This document shows positions 38,706-51,199 of a stretch of DNA of 64,000 nucleotides, piece by piece (within the stretch, counting starts at the first letter, position 1; every line of letters begins with the position of its first letter). The stretch is taken from assembly GCA_015680685.1 (NCBI GenBank), contig MNCI01001986.1, forward strand, positions 1 to 64,000. Reading direction: 5' to 3'. A program made the translations under genes and the position numbers. The DNA comes from Gnetum montanum. Its lineage: Eukaryota > Plantae > Gnetophyta. The notes under the pieces were generated by a model, which saw only the letters and a list, made by a program, of their open reading frames with translations, was not told where the DNA came from and ran no database searches.

Positions 38706-41700
38706 AGGAAAGGAGGAAGAGAAACCGTGTTGACTAAGACTATTATATAGAAAGCATGTTAAAATTAGCATTCCACAGGGTGTGGAAATGCATTCCAGAG
38801 GTCAGCCATTCACTGAAATGTGTGTATCTTTTCCAGGATGTGGATTGTCGAATGAGAACAAAGGTGGAAGAAAGAAGAAAAAGGCCAAATGGTGTAGAAA
38901 ACTGTGGCTTAATTAGGAGACTTTCTTCTGAAGTGAGGCTTGATGATGGTGATTATTTGGATCTTCGATATGAATCCATGGCTGCAATAAGAAAAACATC
39001 TGGTTAGTATTCATCTTGAATTTTGGGGCTTGAGATATAATTTGGAAGTGAACATGCCGAAGAATTTGCATTTTTTCCGAAGTAGTTAGTTGTAAGGAGT
39101 TTGAAATAATTGTCTTTTGAAAAAGTGTGGTACATCTACATTTCCAAATATTATATAAGATGATGGGCCTAAGGATCTTCCATAGGAAATGAGAGTTTTT
39201 GGACTTGATAGGTAGGAAACCAAACATTACGGCCTCTTGTGTAAAAGTGCATGAGGGAAAAACCTTAGAAGCCCATTTCCAAGCATGCTGAGCAAATGGG
39301 CAAAGACAAAAAACATGGACAAAGGTTTCAGGGTCATTACATAAAGGGCACTTAGGGGAGTGAATCCCAAGGTATGCTAAACGTTTCCCGATTGGGAGAC
39401 CTTGATGAAGAAAACACCAAAGGAATTGTTGAATTTTGGGAAGAGTTGGGAGATGCCAAATTTGGTTGAAAAGAGAGATCCAAAAATCCTCAGATTCTTG
39501 TTTATTCCAAGATCGATTACAGTGTAGAATGAGTTCAGAAGAATCGTGTAATAATTGGAAGGGAACATGTGGCTGATAAGGAAAATTTTTTGACCCATTA
39601 GACCAANNNNNNNNNNNNNNNNNNNNNNNNNNNNNNNNNNNNNNNNNNNNNNNNNNNNNNNNNNNNNNNNNNNNNNNNNNNNNNNNNNNNNNNNNNNNNN
39701 NNNNNNNNNNNNNNNNNNNNNNNNNNNNNNNNNNNNNNNNNNNNNNNNNNNNNNNNNNNNNNNNNNNNNNNNNNNNNNNNNNNNNNNNNNNNNNNNNNNN
39801 NNNNNNNNNNNNNNNNNNNNNNNNNNNNNNNNNNNNNNNNNNNNNNNNNNNNNNNNNNNNNNNNNNNNNNNNNNNNNNNNNNNNNNNNNNNNNNNNNNNN
39901 NNNNNNNNNNNNNNNNNNNNNNNNNNNNNNNNNNNNNNNNNNNNNNNNNNNNNNNNNNNNNNNNNNNNNNNNNNNNNNNNNNNNNNNNNNNNNNNNNNNN
40001 NNNNNNNNNNNNNNNNNNNNNNNNNNNNNNNNNNNNNNNNNNNNNNNNNNNNNNNNNNNNNNNNNNNNNNNNNNNNNNNNNNNNNNNNNNNNNNNNNNNN
40101 NNNNNNNNNNNNNNNNNNNNNNNNNNNNNNNNNNNNNNNNNNNNNNNNNNNNNNNNNNNNNNNNNNNNNNNNNNNNNNNNNNNNNNNNNNNNNNNNNNNN
40201 NNNNNNNNNNNNNNNNNNNNNNNNNNNNNNNNNNNNNNNNNNNNNNNNNNNNNNNTTGCACTTTTTAGTTTTCTTACGAATACGAGAGATAACTAGCTCC
40301 CACAGTGTAGAAGTAGGACCACGAAATTGAAAAGGGATTCCCAAGAGCTTCATGATCTCATGGTCTTGGATTAATTTCCATGGATAGGTGGGGAGTTTAC
40401 TATAATTGTTATGAAAACTATATACAGAAGATTTAGACCAGTTAATGGTAGAACCAGAGAGAGAACAATATTGCTCTACTTGGGCTAAAAGTCGTTTAAC
40501 ATTATCAGTTGTATTTTGGATTAGAAAAAAAGAGTCATCAGCAAAATGCATATTAAGCAGTTGATGTTGAGGAGAGGAAAAGCACACTCCATATAGCATC
40601 CCTGATTGAATATCATGGTTAATTTGATGGCAAAGGAAATCTGTAGTAATGATAAAGAGATAAGGGGCAAGAGGACAACCTTGTCTTATTGATCTATGTA
40701 TTGCAAAGGGGGCGGTGATGCCAAAGGTGGTGGCTATTCTCGCATTAGCATCAGAGAAGAGACATTTCACCATATGAAGATACTTGGAGCCAAAACCTAG
40801 TTTTGACATAGTTTGAAGGATAAAGTCCCACTTAATGTTGTCGTAGGCCTTAGCATAGTCCAATTTCATCAAAAGGATGTCTTGGCCATCATCCTCAGCC
40901 CACTGCAACCCTTCCCAAGCAGTCACTACATTATCTAAGATATAACGCCCTAGGACAAATTCGGTTTGTTGAGGGGATATAATTCTATGAAGGAATTTTT
41001 TCAAATGTAAGGCTAAGCAGTTGGCCCAAATTTTGTATACCACATTAAGAAGAGTAATGGGTTGCCAATTAGCTATACTAGTAGGGTCTCCTGATTTGGG
41101 AAGGAGGCGAATAATCCCAAGATTTAAATTTGGTCCAAGAGACCCCCCCTGGATAGCCTCTTTAATTACTTGGAAAAGGTCATGGCCAACAAGATTCCAA
41201 TGCCTCTGAAAAAACTCAACAGGGAAACCATCATATCCAGGAGCTTTCCCAGAGCTGAGTTTGAAACAAGCATGTTGAAGCTCTTCTTGAGTGATATTAG
41301 CATCGAGGATGTGAGACATGGATGAGTCAACTAACCTAGGATAGTTACGCGTAGTGGTCTTAAATGATGAGAGATTCATTGGGGAAGCTATAAACAAGGC
41401 TTCAAAGTGCTCCTTAAGGTAAGAGAGTATACTATCATGATCAGTGATAATAACACCATCCCTAGAGAGAGTATCTGGGGATGGAATGAAAGGAGAGCTG
41501 TTAAGATATTTAAAAAATTCCTTACATTGCTCATCTTGAATCTTCAACCAAGTAAGTCTACTTTTGATTAAGGCACTGTGGGCCTTCTGGACTTCCCAAT
41601 ATTGGAAAGTGGAGTGAACTTTAGCAAGTTCTTCATGAATGTGGGTATTAAAGGGTTCTATGGATAACCTTTCCATAAGATTATTAATAGTTGAAGAAAT

Positions 41701-44065
41701 GTTGTTGTATTCTTGTCTAGAACGAGAGGCCACTTCCTTGCCGAACTTCTGAGCAAAGTTCCTCACCCTACTAGTGGTTCGCAGCCACCATTGGATCCAA
41801 CCCACCTGACCTATGGGCCTAGGTTCGGCATTCCAAAGATTAGAAAGAAGTTGTTGAGACGAAGGAGAAGAGAATAAATTAGAGTGTAGGCGAAAGAGGT
41901 GGAGTTTGGTCCTATGTGAAGTACCAGAGATTTGCATGGAAATGACGATGGGATAATGGTCAGATAACGTAGCCTGTTGGTGGACCGTAGTGGTGGAGAT
42001 TGCCTGCTAAAAGGATAGTGTGGAGAAGTAAAATCGATCTAGCCGACTATATATTCGAGCCTGACCCCATCATGGAGATAAAATTGTTTTTTAAAATCAG
42101 ACTAAGGTTGAAATTCATGAGGAGGAAGTCGAAAAGGGACTCCCCCAAGTTTATCTTGAGGGAATTCAATCATATTAAAATCTCTGCCAAAAATCCAAGG
42201 AACGGAAGGAAGAGAATAGGTTAGTTCTTGCCGCCATAAGTTAGCCCGTTTCATGGAGTCATTTGGAGCATAAATAGAGCAAACCCCAAAGGGTCCATGG
42301 GAGGAGGAAAAGATAGCCCAAGAAACTCTTTGGCTTGAATCGGAACCAGAATGGATGAGTTTGTCTTTCCAATAGGCTGAAATGAGAATAGTTGCTCCAC
42401 CTTTTCCATCCATGTGGGAGGTAGCTATGACTGAGGAGTGGGGAAGAAACCTATGAGCTGAAAACTCTAAGTTAGAAGCTAAAATTTTAATTACCTGAAG
42501 AAGGAGGAAATTAAAGGTGGTATTCATACTAGAGAGAAAATTGCTAGCCCTTTTACCTCAAAGCCTATCTGTGAGGCCATGAACATTCCAAGATACTAAA
42601 TTCATGAGGAGGTAGAAGATGTGGGTAGGGAAATAACTTCAGAGGATTTGAGGGTTGATGTGTCCACTTCCATTATGTTGGAGAGGACAATAGAGGGGTT
42701 GTTTATAATAACTGGAACTATAGAAGAGGCTATATGGGAGGGAGATAATGGTGGGTCAGAAAAGGAGGATGGTTTAGCTCTTTTCCTGCCCCCATCATTC
42801 ACTCCCTCAGTGGTTGAAATAGAGTCCTTGAAAGATTTAGACTGGGTGACTTTAGCTTGCGAAGTGATCTTTATAGGGGAGCTAGAATGAGGGACTTGTG
42901 TGGTAGAGGATTTAGGTTTGGAGAGAAAACTAGAGGTCTTGTAGGGAGTGGCTGCAAATTTAAATGTTTTCAGTAGGACTTGACTTTCATCTATAGGGGA
43001 AGAAAGATTTTGTGAAGGGTTGTTTGCATTTTTCTTCCTAGCTAAGGAAGGGCAGGCCAAGATGTGGTGATCAGCTTGATGACAATAGCTACAGGAGTTT
43101 GGAAGGTAAAAATAATCAACTTTTTGTGTGAACAATTTTCCGCTAGCCGCTAATGTGAGAGAGGTTTTCTTGTGAGAGATGTCTAGTTCTATACAGTAGC
43201 GACGAAACTGAATTCCATTAACCTCTACTTCGTGATCAGAGATAATGTGACCTAGGGTACTGACAATGTCTCTCTCAAAGGTGGAAAAAATAAGTGGAAG
43301 ATTAGGTAACTCCACATAACAGGGGATAGTTTTATAGGCTGGGTCAATGACATTGAAGTCAAATTTCCATGGACGGACGACCAGGGTGGCATTTCATGCT
43401 GGGAAAAAATAGGCTGAAAGGGATTTCTTGACATGAGAAGCATCAGAGAGTTCTACGAGCACAAAGTTTCGGGCATAATATCGGGCATAGGAAACGGTTA
43501 TGCCGTGAGATTGTAGAATAGATTTGATGTACAAATTGAGATTTACTAATCAGGGAATAAAACCCATAATTTGAATAAAAATGAACCGAGATGAAAATTC
43601 TTCAGCTACATTATCAAAAAGATCGTCCAAAATAAAAAAAATCAATATTAGTGGAGTTGGGGGGACTTCCTTGCTGAGAAGAACCAGACGGGCCTTGAGA
43701 TTCATCCATGACTGCACTATAGCAAAGATCTTCTCTGCTAACAGCGCAGCCCTACGTAGATCCTGGATCAGAAGCACCGGTGAACCCGTTGACACCAAAC
43801 CACCACTAAACCTGTTGATGCCAAAATGCCACTGGTCCGCCCAATGATGTGAAAAAAAATCTCAGAAATCTGAACTTAATGGTGGCGATCCCGGATCTAC
43901 GACACCCTCGACTCAGATCTGTCAGGCTAGTTCAGCAAAATAAGACCAATTGGCTGCTAGGGAACCACAGTAACGTAGATTTGGGATTGTAGCAACAAGC
44001 AACAGCTTGCATCAACACAGATCTGCAAGCGTAGCCATGCAGATGCAGAAGGAAAAAATTTTCAA
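38706..44065 (-). mobile_element. L1-clade LINE, near full length (ORF1 ~43800-42602 with CCHC knuckle; ORF2 from 42605 with APE, RT and zf-RVT), few disabling mutations
   Basis: ORF1 CSYCHQADHHILAC. ORF2 MNLVSWNVHGL, SIYAPND, DFNMIE, SRLDRFY, SDHYPI, KAPGYDGFP, WQPITLLN, KLDYAKAYD, RQGCPLAPYLF, HFADD. C-terminal CPLCNDPETFVHVFCLCPFA at ~39290-39360. About 560 aa of RT region is open. Confidence 0.95.
39607..40255. other. Assembly gap (N run) inside L1 ORF2
   Basis: N characters. Confidence 0.95.
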
Positions 44066-44069
44066 ATAG

Positions 44070-44275
44070 TCAATTTACCAGTTTTAGGCCATGGCAAGCC
44101 ATGTGATTTGCTAATTTTAGGCTATGGTGGGCCCTATGTTTTGCTAGTTTTAGGCCATGGTAGGCTCCATGATTTGCTAGTTTTAAGCCATGGTGGGCCA
44201 TGTAATTTACTAGTTTTAGGTCATTGCGGGTCCTACATTTTGCCAATTTTAGATCATGGTAGGTCCTACATTTTA
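44070..44275. repeat. ~33-bp tandem repeat array (right half)
   Basis: Same unit as 38305-38563. Confidence 0.9.
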
Positions 44276-45329
44276 AAAAGAAACTTTTTATCATATTTTT
44301 CATATTTTATGTTCTAAAATAAAAAGACATAAAAGGAAAATTTTAAATGAAAAAAAATCTTAGGCTATGCTTGATGAAATGGTTAAGAAAAGTAAAATAA
44401 AAGTAAATAAAACAGTGCATACAAGTAACGTGTAAACTAGACTAAAAGGCTATAGCAAAAGAAGGCCACATAGTTATAGGTACAAGGGTGAGCAAATTAA
44501 GGGCATACATTAATTATGCAAGTGCTTCCTAATCTTTCATAGATTAGGAAACATGTACAGTCTGCTTTGCACAATTTTGTATTCCCCATTTCCTTTGCTC
44601 ACAACATTGAAGTGGAGCTCTTCCCATGATGCATTCATGGATCCATCATTGTTGGTTTAGGCCTCTTGTGCTCTATTGAAATTCTTAGCTTTGTGGTTAA
44701 TAGTAGGGATTTCTTCCTAAAACTCCACTTCAAACCCTTGTTCCATGTCAACATTGTTGACTACCATCATGGATGATTAATTAAAGGTTTTAGCATACAT
44801 ACAATTGATTATTAATTAAAAAGATTAAGTTTTTCAACATTCTTACCCTTATAATACCTTCTGGGTGATAGTAATTTTAAAAATTGGCACAAGTTTTCCA
44901 CATAAGCACCCATTCCAGCTAAATTGAACACTCCAGGATCAAATAGGTTCAAAAACCATGGAAATCAGAGTGGTAGGGAGTTAGATAACATGTATGGAAG
45001 TTGGATGCACATAGCTCTTAGCTGATAGAAAAAAATGCAAAAGATCCCTTAGCTACAATTGATGAAAATGATTTCTAAAGAACCATGAAAGTTATGTTTA
45101 TGGTTTTTGTTGGACCTAATATCAAACATCCAATATTGACTGTGAGTATGTGTGTGTGTTGTTGCGGCGTGCGGTTGTGAGAAATGTAACGATTGCGTTG
45201 TATGTAAACTACAAATGACTTACTTTAAAGAGATTCAGCCAACTTTGCAAGTACTGTGAGTTATTGAAAATTTCCTATTTTGTTCAACTACCTAGTCTAT
45301 GCGGTCCTTATAATACCTACTTGTAACAA

Positions 45330-48300
45330 ATAAAATTTTTCAAAAACATTTGAGCACAACTCCGCAATCTACTCCTAATTTTCCCCAGAGAAAGAGATAG
45401 TTCCTCCCTCATAAGGCAGGTGAATTTCTTGGTGGATTAGTGAGGAAAAAACTTGTAATTGAGCTTGCCAAGGCCTTCCCAAGATAAGGTTATCCTTATG
45501 TGTCTTATACCATCAAGAAATTGGCTTATGGGGAATTGTTCCCTTGCCACAAAGTCTAAACAAATGGATCCTTTTACAACAACCCAAGATTTGTTGAAGG
45601 ATTTAAGAGTGGTTTTTGAAGTATGTTACATATGCTCAATTAGGCTTAAACATTCTATGATGGTATAAGATATTATGTTAGTTGTGGTTCCATTATCAAC
45701 ATGTACCCTATGCACTCTGTACTATCCCGCCCTTATGGTTATGAAGAGGAAAGCCTTAAGTATCTTGCCATCTTGGGGGTTGGTCTTGGCTTTGCTATCG
45801 TAAAACACTAGTGTTGTTGGTCTTGTTTCTTCCTTTGATTAAGATAGTACATGTTGACATTTTGGTATGTCAAAATGTTAAGGAAAATGGACTACAAGGA
45901 TGTTTCTATGGTTTTTGTACTTACAGGAGCATGAAAAAAGGAATTAAGGACTCAAGGGAGCATGGACGAATACAAAGAATTTAGGTAAAATATGTCTATT
46001 TTTGTTGAGAATGACTCCTAGATGTCTTAGCATGTTTTAAAGTGTTTTTGTCTGATTTTGATGAGTTTAGAAGGTTATAAGATTTGTGGGGACTTATTTG
46101 AAGGCATCCAAAGGCTCCCAACATCAAAACAAGTAGTTTCATTTTTGGCCCCTGCAGAAGAGACATCTTTTCCATACCAAAGATGCCTTTCTAGTAGGTA
46201 GCACAAGCATAGATGTCTCTGCAAAATAGAAGATGTCTTTCATAAGATAAAGATTTCCTTCTCTAGACAAAGATGTCTCATAGAATGCAAGCTATATTTA
46301 AAAAGATGTCTCCCATTATACAAGGACATCTTTTTGAAATAAATATGTCTTCCTAGAATAGAAGGAAAATTCAGAAAGATGTCTTAGGCACAAAGAAGAT
46401 GTCTTCCATAATTGTTAGTGACTATTGGCTAGTTTTTGCATGAGTTCCAAGATGGATTTAGAAACATAGTAGCTATAAGAAGACTAGATGTGCATTGGAA
46501 AGAGTGCAAGCCTTATTATATTAAATGTATAATCATTTGTAATTATTGAATTCACTATTTCTCCTCATTATCTTATGTACAAATCTGATGTACCTAACTG
46601 TACAAGGATAAGAAAATTGAGTTGCAATTATCCCTTATAATTCTTGTTCTTATTGCCCTATAGGATTGATATGCTTGAGCTTGTCAAGATCTTATGGGAT
46701 TGAGTTGTTGGTGCTATGGTACAATAATTTGGTGTGGAGCTTAAGATTGTAAAGGTTGTGAAAGCCTTGAAACCACATTTTGAAGCCTAATGAGACCTTG
46801 CAAGGTTGAGTGATTGGTGATATGGTACAATACTCCAGAGTGGGGCTTGAAGGCTATACAGGGTGTGAACCCTTCAATCACATTTTGAGAGCAACAAAGT
46901 CTAGAGGTATATTAGTGATTTACCATTCAAGTGTGGACTACCAAAGTTGGGAAACCATGTTAAATTTTGTATGTGTGCTTTTGTGTTATAAATTTTTAAT
47001 TTGGAAAAATTTTTCATCCCCCCCTCCTTCTAAGTTCAATTATCCACATTTTCATCACTACATGGATGTACTCTTCACTAGTAGGAATGTCCTCACTAAT
47101 AGGAATAGAGGTCAACATCTTGATTAATGCTTCACAGTGCATAATGGATGTCATCACAAGGTCATATAGGCTAAGGTAGGTTTTTTTATTTTAGTGACTA
47201 CTTGACCTATTCCATCGTAGTGAGGAAGTCCTTGTCATTGGTTTTAGGATTCTCTTTCTTAGTATTCTTGACTTCCTCCATGCATCCTAGGATGTGAACT
47301 TCATGTTTTAATGATTGGGTTTTGGCTTCTTTTCCCTTCCCTTGTGGCTTAGGATCCCCTTGTGGTTGACTAGTTGAGGTAGCCTAAGCATGAGAGCTCA
47401 TTAGAATAAATGAGGTGGGAGTGGGCTTCTGCGGACTTTTGCAGGTCCACTTTCTTTCATGCCTTGGCTTGTTTTTTGTCATTGTTCTCAAGCTTTGGTG
47501 TGGACTTCTTGCATTTTTTTCTTGGGGATTTCTTCTTGTTGTTGGTTGATTATGAAGAAGCTATTACATTGGCCACTATGAGAGGACATTTTTTAGTGGT
47601 AGAGGTCATTTTGGCTTTAGTGAAAGGGGGCACCTTGATCACAAAAGGATCCTTGGAAGGCATAGGTGATGGAACCCTTACAAAAAAGGGGATCTTAAGC
47701 CAGTTGAAGTTGAAGGGCCCCTATTGTTACGAGGAGGTACACGAATCTTGAATGGCTCCTATGTAGGTTTAGAGTTGTTGGTCACATTGAATGCCACGAT
47801 AGTGTATGAGCTATTGTTAGTGTTGAATGGGTTGTTGTAGACCTACATGGATTTATTTTATGGTTTGACTAGGTTGGAGGCATCAAGGACTAGTTTACCC
47901 TTATCTATCATCTTTTGCAGCCCATCCTTTAGTGCTAGGAAAAACTTAGTGTCATAACTTGGGAGTTGATGGTAGTGGTAGGAATGGTCAAGATTGAAGC
48001 ATTTAGGCACCAGTGGATCATCCTTGGTTACAAGAGTGGGGGTTTTGGATATATCACATAGCATATTGTGCTTCTGATAGGCATTTTTAGTCATTTGTTT
48101 TTATTATATTCTTCCACTCCTCAGCAACTAATCAAGGAGTTCTGATGGTTTTAGTAACCTAGTATACTTTGACCAATCTTTTCATTTAAAGTTAGGCCTT
48201 GTAGTAGGTGATATAGAGGAAGGCTGATTGTTGTTAGCAGGAATCTTAGTTTGGTTTGCTTTGGGTCCCCTACGTGATTGTCTTGTTGCTCACTATGGTC

Positions 48301-49900
48301 ACAATTACATTATTTTGCCTCCCCTTATTCATATCCTATAGTATGTGCTAGTTCTTATATGCCATGTAGGTAGGGTCATGGATAGCCTCAACTGTGTCCT
48401 CTATGTTCTTTATTTAGGAAAAGTCTTGGCTGAGTGATTGAGGATCTAGGTAGTGCAGTTTTGACTTAATGAAGTCATTAATCATCCCCTTGAATATAAT
48501 GAGAAGGTGACTCTTAGCTATCGGTTCTAGAATCTCATTAAGAAGATGATTCCATTGTTTTATAAACTTCTATATTGGCTCAAGGTGTCCCTGCTTGACC
48601 TTCATTAATTGGTTAAGAGTCATGTTGGATTTCAAGTTGTACTTGAAACTATTAATAAATTATGAAATTAAGTCTTCAAGTGAGGATATGGATCCTCTTA
48701 GTAGCACGCAATACTAGTCCAAGGATTTTCTAGTAAGGAACATAGGGAAAATTTGCATTATGATATGTGGCTAGGCTTGGAATAGTAGATACTCAAAATA
48801 GAAGGTAATCAAGTGGGAATTAGGGTTACCTTCACCATTGTACTTGGTGAATTAAGGAATGGGGGTGCCCAGTGGAAGAGTTGTTGGTGGGATTGCAAGA
48901 ATGATTGGGTCATCCTGATAGAAATTCATTATCTTCACAATCTATGTTGTAGAGGCTTTGAGCTTTTGTAACCCTTCCATAAAGTCTTGAAGAATTTTGA
49001 ATGCTTGATTCAATCCCTAGGGCATTCCCATGAGTTGTAGTATTTGTATGAATGGTTGGGATATTAATTGAGAAGCTTATTACCTTACAATGGCTTGTGG
49101 TATAGAAGGGAAAGGTTGGGTGTAGTGTTCATAGGTGGGCTAAATAGTGAAAATGATGTTTGTGCTAGCACTTGAGAGTCATGAAGGGGACAAATAGTAT
49201 ATGTGTCCCCTGGGTCACTTATGGTCCCACTATGGGACCTACCAATACAGAGAAGGGATGAGTGATGGTGAGAATCATTGGTGAGCATTGTGCAAACTGA
49301 GGTTATTTGGCAAAAGGTATGGAAGAAAATAGGGAACTTGTTTGAGGCATAAGTTGTGCTAGGTGCATTGCTATAATTAGTGTAGTCCCAAACATCATGG
49401 GATATATAGGAGATGATAGTTGATATGTCTATCCCATGGAAGAGACAGGCTAGGACAAAGTGGCTACAATAATTTGAGGGGATAATTTTTGGAATAGGCT
49501 CCCTTTGAAGTTGTTTGGTTTAGGCTCTACCTTGAACTCATCATGCTCTTCATGTTGGCCCTTCAGACTGAGCTTTTCACTCCATTTGTCTATCTTAATT
49601 AATTAAGAAATTATATGTGCTTGAGTATTAGTAAGTAGTATCTTGTCATAGGAAGAGGGTATGTACTCTTTTCCATTATGATGAATTAACTTGTACTCAT
49701 GCTTATTCTTAGCTTGTATGCGTGGAAGGAGTAATCCAACTTGGATCTTGGTGTAGATATAGTTGTAGTGTTCTTCATTGAGTACAATAAAATATGGGCT
49801 TTTCTCTCTTTGTTTAAGTGATTATCTAGACTTAGCCATAGTGGGGTCTCTTGGATCATAGTTTCTCACTCCATCTTGATCGGATGTCATGTTGATGCTA
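45330..49900 (-). pseudogene. Decayed Tat/Ogre-type gag + aspartic protease, interrupted by a solo LTR
   Basis: Minus-strand LPLGTPIP*FTKYNGEGNPNSHL (48811-48880), SISSLEDLIS*FINSF..LMKVKQG, HYHQLPSYDT..ALKDGLQKMIDKGKL, YLSLYDLVMTSIMHCEALIK, and protease-like RVHVDNGTTTNII (~45680-45720). Confidence 0.8.
45852..47057 (+). mobile_element. Sirevirus-like (copia) solo LTR
   Basis: TGTTG...CATCA termini with a near-TSD GTACA/CTACA. Excision restores the gag-PR frame (..EEYIHVLS*SKEETRPTTLVFYDS). The 5' end matches the LTR at 59665 (TGTTGAC..TATGTCAAAA..TTAAG). Contains AGATGTCT/AGACATCT repeated motifs and a TTCATCCCCCCCT motif near the 3' end. Confidence 0.88.
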
Positions 49901-51199
49901 AAACTATTGACTTATTGAAAGACATTATTAGGATGTTGTTTGACTTTTTACTATTTTTAGTAAAAAATTTAGTAAGTGGAATTTCCCAACAGTGTAGTTG
50001 ATTATAAATGGAAAAAAAAAACTGCTACTATAGTGTAAATGGTATGTACTTCACTTAGGAAAATGGTGTTATGGCTTTCAAGTTAGTAATACCAACTACG
50101 CTTGTTTTGTAAGTAGTGTCTACATTGAAGGGTGGGTAGTAGATCACTGTGTTTCTTAACCATGCTGAGATAGGTGCTGGAAATGGATTTTTACTTAGTA
50201 AAACCAAGTTGGAAATTTTTCCTCCAAAGGGTATGTACATTGGTTTTAAGAAATCGATTGTGAAAATTTTGGATTTTCCAAGGGCTATGCTAGAGTCCTA
50301 GCAATGTCTACACTAGCTCTTCTTGTAGAATTTTATAGTAGATATATTTGGATTTTAGGATGGATCTACGCTGGTCTTTAGGTATCAAGTGTGAATTCCA
50401 ATAGGCAAAAATTTAGGTTTTATGTAGACCTTGCTGGTTTCCAAAGAATCTAGCAACTACTATGAAAATGCTGCAGAAATCCAAATCACCCATAATAACT
50501 ATGCTAGATAATAGTTGCAGAGAAGTGGACACCAACATTGGTTTTGGTAGTAAATACTTGTAGGTTTCAAAGTTTAGAATTTGTAATAACTGGTTTTGAA
50601 ATGTTTGTAAAATGTTTAGATTGAGAATTTGGGTTGAGGCCCTTCTTCTAGTGCTAGAAATTGTAGCACTTGAAAATTTTGGTCACTGGAAAAAATGAAA
50701 ACCCCAAGTGCAATGGCCTAACCTTGGATCCCAAGGGCCTCCAAGAAACAGGATCCAAGGTGCCTTGGGTAGTTTGATTGATCACCTAGGGACTTAAGAA
50801 ATGTAAATGGAAATAGGAAATGAAAATGAAGTTGCAGATTTGAACAAAAATAAACATAAAAATTAAATTCAAAATAAATTTTGTACAAAAAATGAACTAT
50901 AAAATTTATTAAATAGTAAGAACAATGCTTAAAGCATGGAGTTCAATTAAGTATAGATTGTGTTTTAAAATGCACAAGAAGTTTATTGGAATAGAGTTTG
51001 AAGCTTATTAGAGTTGGTAGGATGTGTTCTATAGTTGAACTCCATGATCTAGGTTCTTGACAACTCCAGTTGCTAAGAAGTCCTTGCTAGTTTTTGCTTG
51101 AGTCTACAACATTGGCTACTTGTGGTGTAAACAGTGGTGTAAAATCTTGTTCCAATGGTTCTACGTTAAAGGTCTCTGGTGCTCAGCATAGATGCCAAA

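Noticed and set aside
39377-40261. 294-aa ORF and other ORFs full of X (38415-38771, 38503-38737)
   Set aside because: Artefacts of translating N gaps.
45852-47117. Alternative LTR end at GTCAACA (47117) giving a perfect 7-bp terminal inverted repeat
   Set aside because: No TSD there, and 47058-47117 translates as gag-PR linker in frame; the 47057 end gives a near-TSD and restores the frame.
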